A DNA stretch of 63,958 nt, filler included, from Pelomyxa schiedti (GCA_020536535.1; 8 parts of 8 records of this genome joined end to end with filler, not necessarily neighbours in it), one strand, 5' to 3'. Numbered from the whole stretch's first letter, positions 9,343-20,014 are shown. Notes: generated by a model from the letters alone, not told the origin. Numbers and translations: made by a program.

Positions 9343-11687
9343 CTACACGTAGTATAGAAGCGAGACCTTCTCAGGACAAGAAACCGACGATGAAGATGAC
9401 GATGCAGGACTACGGATTCTTTGAACAGCAAAGTCGATGAGCACCTCGATGTCGTGCTGCTCGACGGCGCTGTGCTGGATGGTGAGGGTGCCGTCGAGGG
9501 CGTCGCCGGGGGCCAGCGACTCGACTGGCCTGGGCAGCATGAACACGGTCTGCCGCCAGTGTGTCTCGGGGTCAGAGGGCCCAGTGCCGAACTTAACTAT
9601 GGGTTCCACGCACCCCGTGCGGAATTCCACGTCGAACCAGCCTACGAGTGCATGGCAATCGCACCCGGCTGCTGTTGTTGATGTTGATGTTGATGTTGGT
9701 GTTGGTGTTGCTGTTGCTGTTGTTGTTGCTTCCGGTATTGTTTCAGTTGTTGTGGTTGTGGTTTTTGGTGTTGTAGTTGGGGATTGTGTAATGATTGTTG
9801 TTGGGGAATCGACCGGGTTTGGTTCGGAATTGGAGGGTGTGGTGGATTCGGAGGAGAATAGGGAGGCAACTGAGGGGTCTGTTTCGGTTTCCGGGGATGC
9901 GGGTGTGGATGGGTCCGGTTCCGGCGTTGTTGTTCTTCGAATTATCAGTCTGAATGGGTATTTTAATGACCAGCCGGATTTGAAGGTATCGCTCTTTACT
10001 GCGTTGATGTCGATGACGCCGAGGGTGCAGGGGTCTGTAATCTCCCCTTGGGGAGCTACAACTTCAACCAGAGCTTCTCGGACATAGGATTCGCCAATGT
10101 GACTCATATCGAAGCCGTATACATCCTTCCAGAACGGTCTTTCATATTCCCACCGCTCAGGCATGGTGAACGCACTGAGTATAATTCCGGTATGGCTTGG
10201 CTGGACTGTGCCACTGGGGTTCATGTGGGAATCCCGCACAGCAAGAACAGCAGGGAGCATATTTTCGAACAGGAGGAAGTAACCCATCCACTCAGAGACT
10301 ACTATATCTGCCTTTGCGCCGTGTAGTGCAGAGCCAAGTCTCTCAGAATCCTCAGCTTTACAACATACAACGTCAACCACCTCAGAAAAGCCATTCCGCT
10401 GCACACTTTCGCGTGCATACCTTGCAACTCGCGAGGCCTCTACCGCTATTACATGGGCAGCTCCGGCTCTGGCAGCGAATAGACTTAGAATGCCACTCCC
10501 AGCCCCCACATCGACCACAACTTTGCCTCTCACGAGTTGAGGGTTCTTCTCAAAGAAATCGCGGTAAGAAGATGTTCTCACTGTGTCATGGAGCATTTCG
10601 CTGTGTATGGCTAACCGCGTGTATGATAGGAAGTACTTGGTCGTTTTTCCTTCTTCCTTTCTGGTCTCCTCTCCCACTTCTTCATCATCACTTGAGGAGT
10701 CTTTCTCACTATCAGACTCCAAAGGTTTTTCATCCTCCAAGAGACGCTGTGAAGCTTGTTTCAAGGTGGAGTAAGCTCTTTCCAGTTGTTCCAACTTCTG
10801 CCTAAGTATTGCTACCTCAGACTGCTGAGAAGAAGTTGTTCCGCTAGTCTCCCTTATTACAGGTGCTCCCTCCTCTCCACATCCCCCTTCCACAACTGTC
10901 ACGTCCTGCTGCCCATTGATGCTATTCTCGTCTTCTCCTTCATCTATCAGGCCCAAGGCGAAGTCTGTTATGAGCGGGTCATCTGGGATAACTGGAATCA
11001 AAAAGGCCTCATCCTCAAAAAGAGGGTGCGTCCGTGACACGCCAGTGGCAGACCAAGAGCCCAGCTTTCTCCCGTGCGTTCTCAGGAAGTTTATCATCCT
11101 CACCAAGTGATATGTTGTCAGCTTCCACTCTCTGCTCAAGTTTTAGCCATGGTCCACAAGACATCAATAAAAAAAAATATAAAAAAAGCACAAGAAATCT
11201 AAAATAACAATAACAATAACAATAACAATAACAATAACAATAACAATAACAATAACAATAACAATAACAATAACAATAACAATAACAATAACAATAACAA
11301 TAACAATAACAATATATTATAATAACAGTAAGAGGAACAGTAACAATATGCAACACAAGAGACAACAGCGCACAACCTAGCTACGGCAGCCAAGTCAAAC
11401 CCGTGGGCCTCCGCCATGTGCCCAACGCACCTCGCCGCTGACGAGATCGCAGACGACGACGAAGAGGAGGAGGAGGAGGAGGAACGCGACGACGAAGCTT
11501 CGTCGGCGGGGGAAAACGCGGCGTCGCAGAACAGGCACCCGCACACTCTGTCGTCGTCCTCGGCGTCCGACGACGCCGCGGCCGCGTAGCATTCTTCGTC
11601 GCTCTCCTCCTCGTCGATGAGTATGTGCTCGGCGCGGCGATCGTTATCCTCCTCCTCGATGTGTGTCGGTGCCGCTTGTTGTGACAT
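9343..11687 (-). CDS. PRMT3: Type I protein arginine methyltransferase, PRMT3-like; exons 11687..11377 and 11131..9343
   Basis: Exon 1 has the C2H2 finger CLFC...HMAEAH. Exon 2 has VRMINFLR, HSEMLHDTVRT, VVDVGAGSGILS (motif I), the SEWMGYFLLFE double-E loop and the THW loop. Intron 11376..11132 is GT-AG and joins in frame. Confidence 0.9.
11203..11310. repeat. (AATAAC)18 perfect hexanucleotide microsatellite in the PRMT3 intron
   Basis: Read directly from the sequence. Confidence 0.95.
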
Positions 11688-11782
11688 TTCGAAATACGCG
11701 AAATTGCGACGCACAATTGCAGGTTAACAACAAATTTTCGCTTCCCGTAACCATCAGAAACCATTCTCTGAGTTGAGAGGTG

Positions 11783-12128
11783 ATGGCGACGTCGTGCATC
11801 GACGGCAACAGCAACGACAATTGCTGGTGCGTCATTGCATCGATATTGCGGGCCCGAAACCAAATGGGTGCCCTGGTTCCAGCCGTTGGCCACATCGTCG
11901 GCCGCCTATTATGGTACCTGGTCAGGGACACATCGACCACGTTTGTGCTGCGTGTCAAGGGTGGCGATTCCCCTTTGCACATGCAGTGGTGCCAAAAACC
12001 TGTGTGTGAGAATCTCGCGGCTTCTTGGGAGTGTGGTTGGTGATGTGGAGCAGAGGATTACAGGCACAACCCTGAGGTGCTACTGGCTGAGTGACACTGC
12101 GTTTCTGGGGATGGCACGTTGTCAATGA
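11783..12128 (+). pseudogene. RARDQ-family (subgroup B) truncated, frameshifted pseudogene
   Basis: RARNQMGALVPAVGHIVGRLLWYLVRD, then a frameshift to LCVRISRLLGSVVGDVEQRITG...FLGMAR. Matches the 5' third of 14451..15689; homology is lost after about 12120. Confidence 0.8.
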
Positions 12129-12671
12129 GCTTGTATCTCCCTTGCAGCACCACGTTGCTGCCTCAAAAACACTGCCACTGCATTCCTCACTCGTTTCTGC
12201 CCCTCCCTGTCCATCACCTTGCCCTCCTTGCAGTCCTTCCTTGGGGCCCACACAAAAGTGGCTTCGCCCACTTTTGTGTGGTTACCTATTCTCCCTTCTC
12301 TCCCATTTTATTGTATGACCTGTAACCATCTCTTTGCTCTAACTTTATGATGGTGATGGGACAACCACCCAACACCAACACACCAACTACGGAGTTCATT
12401 GTGATTAACTGCTGAGGCATAGTGCCACCATCAGACCCACATTCGCAACTGTGGTGGTAAACTTGTGTGCAGAGGAATGAACAAGGCAAGGTACCAATTC
12501 CACAATGAGTTGTAAATGTGAACAAAAAAGCACATCAACACAGCAGCAAACAGCATAATAGGGGCCCCAGGTGGTGGGGCACAGGCACCGTAATTACTTT
12601 GTGTCAGCGGCAGGCTCTTTTTGTTGTTATTGGGTTTTGCTTTCACTGTGATCACTCCTTGAAAAAGGAAG

Positions 12672-14000
12672 ATGATGAAGATGGCATTCGAGGTGGGGCG
12701 CGACACTCTGCGCGCACGTGAACAACTTGGCGCGCTGGCGTCGGCGTCGACCACCGCTAGTTGTCGTCGTTTTGTTGCAGTTGCGGGAAGCGGCGATGAC
12801 GTCACGATGACGGCGACCGCGACCACGGCGCTCGTGACGTGGGGCCACGTTTTGGCAAGGTTGGTGTGGGACATGGTGGTGTCCACTGCAAGGGTGTTTG
12901 TGTTTCTGGTGGATGAGACAAGCCAGGGAGGGCATTATGATGAGAGGTGCTTGTGCGTGAGGGTGTCACCACTGCTGCTCAGCGTCGTTGGCGAGATACA
13001 GGACAGGGCACTGGTGCACAGCTGGCTGTGGGTGGACGACACGAGGTACCTGGGGAGTGGTGATGGCGGGCATGATGTGACACCACCGGTGCAGAGGTGG
13101 ATAATGTGCAGTGCGGGTGATCCTGCATCAGAGTGGAGAAAGATGAGGGATGATGGTGTGGCTGTTTGTGAGGAGCCTGTGTGGTTCAGACCCCACAGTG
13201 AAGCTGTCAACTCCAAGTGGTTTGTACTGCTTGGTCGTGGGGTTGGTAGTGAGAAGGTACTTCTTGTTCATCGCTTCAACAACGACTGCAACAGGCAAAG
13301 TGGATTTTCCCATCACAAGGTTCCCCTGGACGTCATTGCTGAGTGCGATACACTCAGGTTCGAGAGGCAAAGGCCTGATGAGTTGCTTCTTTTCCTCCTC
13401 AAAAAGGCAAGGTCGGAAGAGTCATCAATTGTTGCCATTGTGATTGATGTGGAGCAGACACACTCCAATGGTGCACTGTGCGTTCTCAGCACCACCTCGT
13501 GGGCATCCCCCTTTGTTGGTGGTCTCACATCCTCATTTGTGTTGAGGAAGAAAAGTGGTGCCCGTTGTTTCATCTGCTCAGCTTACATCGACGATCCCAA
13601 CGCTGAAAGAGTATTTCTTGGTTTTGCAGTTGAAGAAACCACTGGCTGTGTCACACCACTTGCCTCAGACACTTGGTTGGACCCTGTGAACGACTCTATG
13701 TTCCTCATCACGGATCGTCATTCTGCAACATACAGCAAATTGTCGACTTGTGATTGCAATGACCCAACCAACCCCTCCAAAGTGGTTGTCACGTCTGATT
13801 GTTTGGACCACCAAACTGGAAACATAAGCAGCGAGTTCAACCAGAGAAGGGCATTGGGAGTGAGGTCAGGATCAGGGTTCCTGTTATGCACAGCTGGATC
13901 ACACCTCAGGGTGATTGAACCATTCACTGGATTCTGTGTACTCACTCTTGTATTTCCACTGTGCTCCACACTCCATACGACACTCCAGTTTTGTTCTTGA
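12672..14000 (+). CDS. RARDQ-family protein (subgroup A), intronless
   Basis: 442-aa ORF, RAREQLGAL...GHVLARLVWDMV, all downstream motifs present. Confidence 0.88.
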   Translation: MMKMAFEVGRDTLRAREQLGALASASTTASCRRFVAVAGSGDDVTMTATATTALVTWGHVLARLVWDMVVSTARVFVFLVDETSQGGHYDERCLCVRVSPLLLSVVGEIQDRALVHSWLWVDDTRYLGSGDGGHDVTPPVQRWIMCSAGDPASEWRKMRDDGVAVCEEPVWFRPHSEAVNSKWFVLLGRGVGSEKVLLVHRFNNDCNRQSGFSHHKVPLDVIAECDTLRFERQRPDELLLFLLKKARSEESSIVAIVIDVEQTHSNGALCVLSTTSWASPFVGGLTSSFVLRKKSGARCFICSAYIDDPNAERVFLGFAVEETTGCVTPLASDTWLDPVNDSMFLITDRHSATYSKLSTCDCNDPTNPSKVVVTSDCLDHQTGNISSEFNQRRALGVRSGSGFLLCTAGSHLRVIEPFTGFCVLTLVFPLCSTLHTTLQFCS

Positions 14001-14450
14001 TTCCCAATACCCTTGTTTAAAGTGTCACAAGGAATAAGAAATGTGTTTTTCTTTGACATTATTCAGAAAAGTGTATCTCTTTCATTTCACCCATTACCCC
14101 ACTGTCACTGCGAATCCAGACTAAAATCACTGTTCACATGCGTTTCTTGTTGTCACTCAGGAAACTGGTGAAAATGTCGGTGTGTGGAAGGATGGCGGTC
14201 AATGGGTGTGGTTGGTTTGTGTTGGCGACAGATGAGAAATGCCACTGTACGTCGACTGTGGAAAAAATAACAAGGGAGTTGTGGGTGTGATCCACGTTCC
14301 AACTGTGACTCACACAAAACAGGTGTTTAGGCATTTTGCCCCAAGTCCAGTTCCAAGAAGCTGAAAATTAAGTTCCATCAAAACCCGTGAAACTGTGCGA
14401 CATTGAGGTTGGTTGGTTGGCAACACTTCTATTGTGGTGGATAGGGGGCG

Positions 14451-15689
14451 ATGGCGACGTTCAACAGCAATGGGTATGTGGTTGCATCAATGGCACGTGG
14501 GCGTGACCAAATGGGTGCCCTGGTTCCAGCTGTCGGACACGTCGTCGGCCGCCTTGTGTGGTACCTGGTCAGGGACACATCGACCACGTTTGTGATGCGC
14601 GTCCAAGGCGACGAGTGCCCTCAGCCACGGGACAGCGGTGCCATAGGCCTCAGGGTGGTGTTCCTGTGTGTGAGAATCTCGGGGCTTCTTGGGAGCGTGG
14701 TTGGCGACGTGGAGCAGAGGATCACTGGGAGCAACCTGAGGTGCTACTGGCCGAGTGCCACTGCGTTCGTGGGGATGGCACGTGACAGCAACTGCAAGGC
14801 GGAGTGGTGCCTGTGCGATCTCCCAGCAGGGTTCATTCAGGCGTGTGAGGCTGCCAACGAGAGGTGGCTGGTGAGGTGTGGTGACAATTCTGCTGCGAAC
14901 CAGAGTGGCGACCCTGACAGGCCTGATGAGGAGCTGGTGCTGGTCACTGTAAAGCTGATGAATGATGGTGGCAGCGTGGGTGAGGCTGTGATTACTGCAC
15001 TGCCGCGGTCTGTTGTTTGCACTATTTTCGCTGTGTGTGAGTTGAAGTTTATGCCATCAAGACCGGATGAGCTTATGCTAGCAGTCTGCGGTTTAAGGGA
15101 CACAACTCCAACACTCGTTGTTGTTGACGTGGAGGGGACACATCGCAGTGGAACACTGAGAGTTGTCAGCACCACACGTTGCCTGACTGGAATCCGTGGA
15201 TACTTGAGCTTGGACTCGGCGTTTCCAATGAGGAGGAAAGATGGCACCCGCTCTTTCTTCATTGAAGTGGAGCTGTATTACTTTGAAGTGGAAGAATCAA
15301 CAGGTGTTGCAAGGCTCCTCTCTGGTGGGTCGTATTGGCCTCTCAGTGACTCCGAGTATTTCCTTGATGGAAGAGTTCGGCTTGGTGATGTTCCCATCTG
15401 GGATTGCAACAACAGGGGCACAACAACCCCATTGAAAGTGATCAAAATTCCCACAGTTCCACCAGAAAGAAGCAACACCAGGAGGGGTGGCGGTGGTGAT
15501 AAGCGGCGACCCATGTTGCACGGTTCCAGGGGGTTCTTGTTCCACACCAACACAGCTGAATCATGCATCACAGTTATCGATCCCAACCTCAGAAACCACA
15601 CTACAATGACACCACAGCAGGTCACTGTTCTGGTCCTTTCATTTCCATTGTGGCCTGACCTCTCCTTGTCAATTGATTTTGCAAATTGA
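14451..15689 (+). CDS. RARDQ-family protein (subgroup B), intronless
   Basis: RGRDQMGAL, GHVVGRLVWYLV, RPDELML, VVDVEGTH, MRRKDG, VEESTG, IWDCN. Confidence 0.85.
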   Translation: MATFNSNGYVVASMARGRDQMGALVPAVGHVVGRLVWYLVRDTSTTFVMRVQGDECPQPRDSGAIGLRVVFLCVRISGLLGSVVGDVEQRITGSNLRCYWPSATAFVGMARDSNCKAEWCLCDLPAGFIQACEAANERWLVRCGDNSAANQSGDPDRPDEELVLVTVKLMNDGGSVGEAVITALPRSVVCTIFAVCELKFMPSRPDELMLAVCGLRDTTPTLVVVDVEGTHRSGTLRVVSTTRCLTGIRGYLSLDSAFPMRRKDGTRSFFIEVELYYFEVEESTGVARLLSGGSYWPLSDSEYFLDGRVRLGDVPIWDCNNRGTTTPLKVIKIPTVPPERSNTRRGGGGDKRRPMLHGSRGFLFHTNTAESCITVIDPNLRNHTTMTPQQVTVLVLSFPLWPDLSLSIDFAN

Positions 15690-16037
15690 CTTCCTGGAGT
15701 ATTCCTAGGTAGTGAATAGAACCAGAGATCAGTGTTAGTGTATCTATCTTTCCTTCAGAAACAACTGTTCTTGCTGTGCCCTTTTGGGTCACACCGTCAG
15801 TTGATTCTTGGAACCAGTGTTGGGAACCCGGGAAAACGGGACACGGGAAGAGAATTTGGGCGGGTCCCGCTCCCGGGAAATGAGTGGCTCTTCCCGATTT
15901 GCAATCAATCACCTTATACATCTTGGCCATGTTTCTAGCCCCCACAAGCTCGGCGCTCGTGGCACCACATCCCAAAAAGGGATTCACCACCAACACTGCT
16001 TGGAACGGTGATCAACAAATCCGACGTGCGTTTGCTG

Positions 16038-17465
16038 ATGGCGACGAGACACACCGCACCCAACAACAACACAGCAAGCAACAACAACCACGACGACGAC
16101 GACGACTGCATGTACCTCGTTGCGTCAATTCTGCGTTGCCACGACCAGTTGAGGGCCCTGCTCCCAGCCGTAGGCGGCCACGTCGTCGCCCGCTTGTTGT
16201 GGGAGCTTGTCAACGACACCGCCACTACGTTCGTGCTGCGCGCGAGCGGCAAGCATAATAAGCCGCCAACGCGCCGCCTGCCCGCCGCGACGAGCCGACA
16301 CACCGCGGACGGGCAGGCGGCAAGGACGAGAGAGGCGGGCGCCAGCAAGCAGCTCGGCGTGGCGTTTCTGCGGGTGAGGGTGTCGCGGCTGCTCGGGGGC
16401 GTCGTCGGAGGCGTGGAGCGCAGGCGGGCAGGGGGGGTGCCGCCGACGACGAGGTGCCACTGGGTCGGCGACGCCGAGTTCGTGGCAAATGTGGGCGAAG
16501 GCAGCAGTGGGGGGACGGGGGCGGGGTGGTGCCTGTGCAATGGTGGCCGAGGGGAAGCCGAAGCCGAAGCGGAAGGGAAAGGGGAAGGAAAAGTTGACAG
16601 CGGGATCGGGCTGGTTGGCCAGGACCCAGTGGGGGTAGTGGGGGTGTGTAATGTGGCCAATGGGAAGTGGCTTGTGCTGTGCAGTACTAGTAGGCACGGG
16701 GATGAACTGGTGTTGGTTATTGCGAAGCTGGATGTGCATAGTACATCGGGGGCAGGTGCCGAGCGTCGACTGCGTGATAGCAGGCTGAATGTCACTGCCT
16801 CCCTGCCCCACTCTCTGGTCGACAACATTTTCTCTGTGGGTGACTTGAAGTTTATGCCATCAAGGCCTGACGAGGTGTTGCTGAGAGTGTACAGGCCAAG
16901 GGAACTGACGCCAACACTCGTTGTTGTTGACGTGGAGGGGACACATCGCAGTGGAACACTGAGAGTTATCAGCATCACACGTTGTTCAACTGGGATCCTT
17001 GAATACTTTGCATTGGACTCTGTGTTTGCAATGAGGAGGAAAGATGGCACCCGCTCTTTCTTCTTTGAAGTGGAGATGAATTGCTTTGAAGTGGAAGAAT
17101 CAACAAGCGTTTCAAGGAAGCTAACTGGTGGGCCGTATTGGCCTCTCAGTGACTCTGAGTATTTTAGTGATGGCAGAATGCAGGTTGATGGGAATGTACC
17201 CATCTGGGATTGCAGCAACAGGGAGGAAACAACACTGTTAAAAGAGATCAACATTCCCACAAGAGGCAACACCAGTGGTGCGTGGTCATCATTGCAAGGC
17301 TCACGGGGGTTCTTGTTCCACACCAACACAGCTGAATCATGCATCACAATTATTGACCCCAACACCAGAAACCACACTCCAATGACACCACAACAGGTCA
17401 CTGTGCTGGTCCTGTCATTTCCATTGTGGACTGACCTCTCCTTGTCAATTGAGTTTGCCATTTAG
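16038..17465 (+). CDS. RARDQ-family protein (subgroup B), intronless
   Basis: RCHDQLRAL, GHVVARLLWELV; the 3' half is nearly identical in DNA to 14451..15689. Confidence 0.85.
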   Translation: MATRHTAPNNNTASNNNHDDDDDCMYLVASILRCHDQLRALLPAVGGHVVARLLWELVNDTATTFVLRASGKHNKPPTRRLPAATSRHTADGQAARTREAGASKQLGVAFLRVRVSRLLGGVVGGVERRRAGGVPPTTRCHWVGDAEFVANVGEGSSGGTGAGWCLCNGGRGEAEAEAEGKGEGKVDSGIGLVGQDPVGVVGVCNVANGKWLVLCSTSRHGDELVLVIAKLDVHSTSGAGAERRLRDSRLNVTASLPHSLVDNIFSVGDLKFMPSRPDEVLLRVYRPRELTPTLVVVDVEGTHRSGTLRVISITRCSTGILEYFALDSVFAMRRKDGTRSFFFEVEMNCFEVEESTSVSRKLTGGPYWPLSDSEYFSDGRMQVDGNVPIWDCSNREETTLLKEINIPTRGNTSGAWSSLQGSRGFLFHTNTAESCITIIDPNTRNHTPMTPQQVTVLVLSFPLWTDLSLSIEFAI

Positions 17466-17842
17466 TTTAAGCTATTGCCAGGTCCCTTGGTGTCACCTGC
17501 ACCAACTTTCTTTATGAGATTTAGTACAAGCCCTGCATTGGAGCTCCCACAGCCCGTTGCAACAACGACATGTGCCCTTTTTGATGTCATGTGTCGACCC
17601 ACACTTTGCCCCCAACTTGAGATAAATACTTCGCGTTGTTATGGAACAAACCGTCCGGAGGCCTGACGAGGATTAATGGCTGCCATGATGATGAAAGTGA
17701 TGAAACGAAAACTCATCATTTTATTGTTGAAGCAGCTTGGCTTGGTCAAGAGCGTGACTTTTTAAACGTTGCCACACCAATTTTTTCTTTGTCACCAAAG
17801 TTAATTCATTTGACACTGGCGCTTAGACAACACACAGAACCA

Positions 17843-19120
17843 ATGGAGGTTGTAGTTGTCAACGCCCTGCGTGCTCGCGACCAAGTTGGCGTTCTGGCAA
17901 GCGCGACGACCGCCGGTATCCTGGCGACGGACGGGCACGTCGTGGCCAAGTTGGTGTGGGACCTGGTGGTGTCCACGGCCGCTGTTTTTGTGCTCAGGGT
18001 AGCGAAGATAGGCGCGGCGAGGGATCTGTGCGTGAGGGTGTCGCCGCTGCTGCTCGGAATTGTGGGTGAGATACAGGACGGAGAGTACTGCTGCGTGGTT
18101 CTTCCTGATGACGCGAGATACATGTTGAAGCGCAAGTATGAGTGCACTGGCTGGGAACGTGTTGTCCTGTACACTGGTGCCAGGCCTGCTGCTACAGAGC
18201 CAGATAAGAGGATCAGGGGGTATGGTGGTGGTGGTGTTGATGAAGGAGGAGGAGGAGGAGTGCTGCTCTGCCAGAAGCCAGTGTGGTTCAAAACTGAGTG
18301 TGAGGTAGTCACTCCAAAGTGGATTGCTCTGTTTGGTGGCAGGGACGATGGTGGTTGGCCCATCGGTAGGGAGAAGTTTCTTCTCCTTCATCGTTGGGGT
18401 GACAGGCTCAGTTCTGAATTTGTTCATTGCGGAATTCCACTGACCATCTTTGCTGATGGTGTTCTGGCCATTCTAGCATTCAACAGCACCAGATTTGATG
18501 ACAACCAGTTGCTGCTTGTCCTCAACAAAAGTGATGAATTGGGCCCACATCTCCACATAATCAACATAATTGATGCGGAGCAGACACATGTAACAGGAAA
18601 GCTCTGTATTGTCAGCACCACAATGTTCTCATTTCCTGCTCTTCGAATCCAAAACTTGTTTGTCATGAGGAAGAACAGTGGAACCCGTTCTTTTTTCTGC
18701 ACAGGTGTCTCTGATCCTGGTATGAGATTTGTCAGGTTTTCAGTTGCCGAGGTAAGTGGCTGTGTCACACAACTGGCACAGCCATTCACCCAGGTTCAAC
18801 CTGTCAACAATTCTGTGTTCTTCCTCAGGGATCGTGCTGACAATGTGTTCATATGCGATTGCAATGACCCCACCAACCCCTCACCAGTGGCTGTACCCAG
18901 ATATCCAGAGAGTGATGAGTACGGTACTGGTGACAAAAGGCTCCACCGTATCGGGGTGAATGTTTTCATGAACTCTGGTTTTCTCTTCTATTCTGACTGG
19001 TCACACATAACAGTGATGGAACCATTCTCTGGGTCCTGTGTACTCACACTGCAGGAGAAACTGGGTACACGGATGATTGTGGGTCCACCAATCAGTTCCA
19101 GCTGGAGCAGTGCTATGTAG
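17843..19120 (+). CDS. RARDQ-family protein (subgroup C), intronless
   Basis: MEVVVVNALRARDQVGVL...GHVVAKLVWDLV; paralog of 4520..5788. Confidence 0.85.
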   Translation: MEVVVVNALRARDQVGVLASATTAGILATDGHVVAKLVWDLVVSTAAVFVLRVAKIGAARDLCVRVSPLLLGIVGEIQDGEYCCVVLPDDARYMLKRKYECTGWERVVLYTGARPAATEPDKRIRGYGGGGVDEGGGGGVLLCQKPVWFKTECEVVTPKWIALFGGRDDGGWPIGREKFLLLHRWGDRLSSEFVHCGIPLTIFADGVLAILAFNSTRFDDNQLLLVLNKSDELGPHLHIINIIDAEQTHVTGKLCIVSTTMFSFPALRIQNLFVMRKNSGTRSFFCTGVSDPGMRFVRFSVAEVSGCVTQLAQPFTQVQPVNNSVFFLRDRADNVFICDCNDPTNPSPVAVPRYPESDEYGTGDKRLHRIGVNVFMNSGFLFYSDWSHITVMEPFSGSCVLTLQEKLGTRMIVGPPISSSWSSAM

Positions 19121-19540
19121 CCCAGCAGCCCACCACAACCCTTCAAGTCCAGGCATGCCTTTTCTAATCTTTTTTTGTGTGAAGAAAAGTGGGGATGGAA
19201 AGGGAGCTTTTTGACATAAAACCTGCTAAAGATTTGGGTGAATAAAATAATCCACAGACCTGAACGCTGACGCTCTCCTTTTCGTTATGGTCGCTCAGGA
19301 TGTCTGGTGTTTTTTTTATTTCAGCCAAAATTTTTGTTCATTTTCGTTGCATTGCACTGATTACCAGAAAGGACTTTCTCTTTCGTTTTTTTGATGCTGG
19401 CGGCACCGATGTTTTTCACACCAGTAATAAAAAAAACCCAGTAAAGTTGTGTCAACTGGAAGAAAAGAATAAGAAGGACCAGGTTGTATTTTAGTTTTGT
19501 GTGCGGGCCTGACAGCCTTCTTATGTTGCCACAGGCTCCC

Positions 19541-20014
19541 TCATTCACCAATAACTATCCGGTCACATCTGATACTGCTGCAGGTGATGGTGCTGTTGCC
19601 CGACACCGTGAGGGTGCCGCCAGGGAAGTCCATGTTTCCAGACAGCACTCCGTCGACCACCTGGACCTCCACGACGCGGCACCTCGACGTGTCCCTCACG
19701 CACCACTCGTCGAACGGGCCGATGCCCAGCCACTTTGGGTGGGTCCCGTGGCAGCTGTTGTACGCGCCGCTCGCCGCCCACGAGCCGTTCGGGTCGTTGG
19801 ATGTCCCGTGCTCGCACACGGCCCCGAGGTCCACCTGCACGACGGCCACCGCGACGGTGGAGCCTTGGTTCCGGTGGGTGGCGACGCGCCTGGCCACGTC
19901 GAGAGTGGACAGGTAGACGCCTGGGCCAAGGCGGCCCTGGCTGCTTGGGAGCATCCCGTTGGTTGCTATGCTTGATAAGCTCGAGCACCGGGTTCCATGG
20001 TACAGCAGTGGCAT
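19541..20014 (-). CDS. Small PARP-like ADP-ribosyltransferase (Gig2-like)
   Basis: LYHGT, GRLGPGVYLS and DEWCV give the H-Y-E triad of diphtheria-toxin-like ARTs. Motif spacing and the W...YNS segment resemble Gig2-family proteins. Confidence 0.8.
   Translation of the reverse strand: MPLLYHGTRCSSLSSIATNGMLPSSQGRLGPGVYLSTLDVARRVATHRNQGSTVAVAVVQVDLGAVCEHGTSNDPNGSWAASGAYNSCHGTHPKWLGIGPFDEWCVRDTSRCRVVEVQVVDGVLSGNMDFPGGTLTVSGNSTITCSSIRCDRIVIGE

Noticed and set aside
11203-11310. CRISPR array or telomeric repeat
   Set aside because: No spacers, no cas genes, intronic position, and not a G-rich telomere motif.
11015-11365. Poly-(CY) and poly-Leu ORFs
   Set aside because: Translations of the intronic (AATAAC)n microsatellite.
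14050-14400. Small ORF 14134..14334 and the spacer 12130..12670
   Set aside because: No homology to other window sequences or known motifs recognised.
15935-17461. 508-aa antisense ORF, and similar ones at 2231..2770, 5827..6657, 37937..38572 and 39610..40335
   Set aside because: Shadows of the sense genes caused by codon bias; they have no independent motifs.
1-19120. Diversity-generating retroelement or transposon as the source of the repeats
   Set aside because: No reverse transcriptase, transposase, terminal repeats or adenine-specific TR/VR pattern seen; differences are of all base types plus indels.
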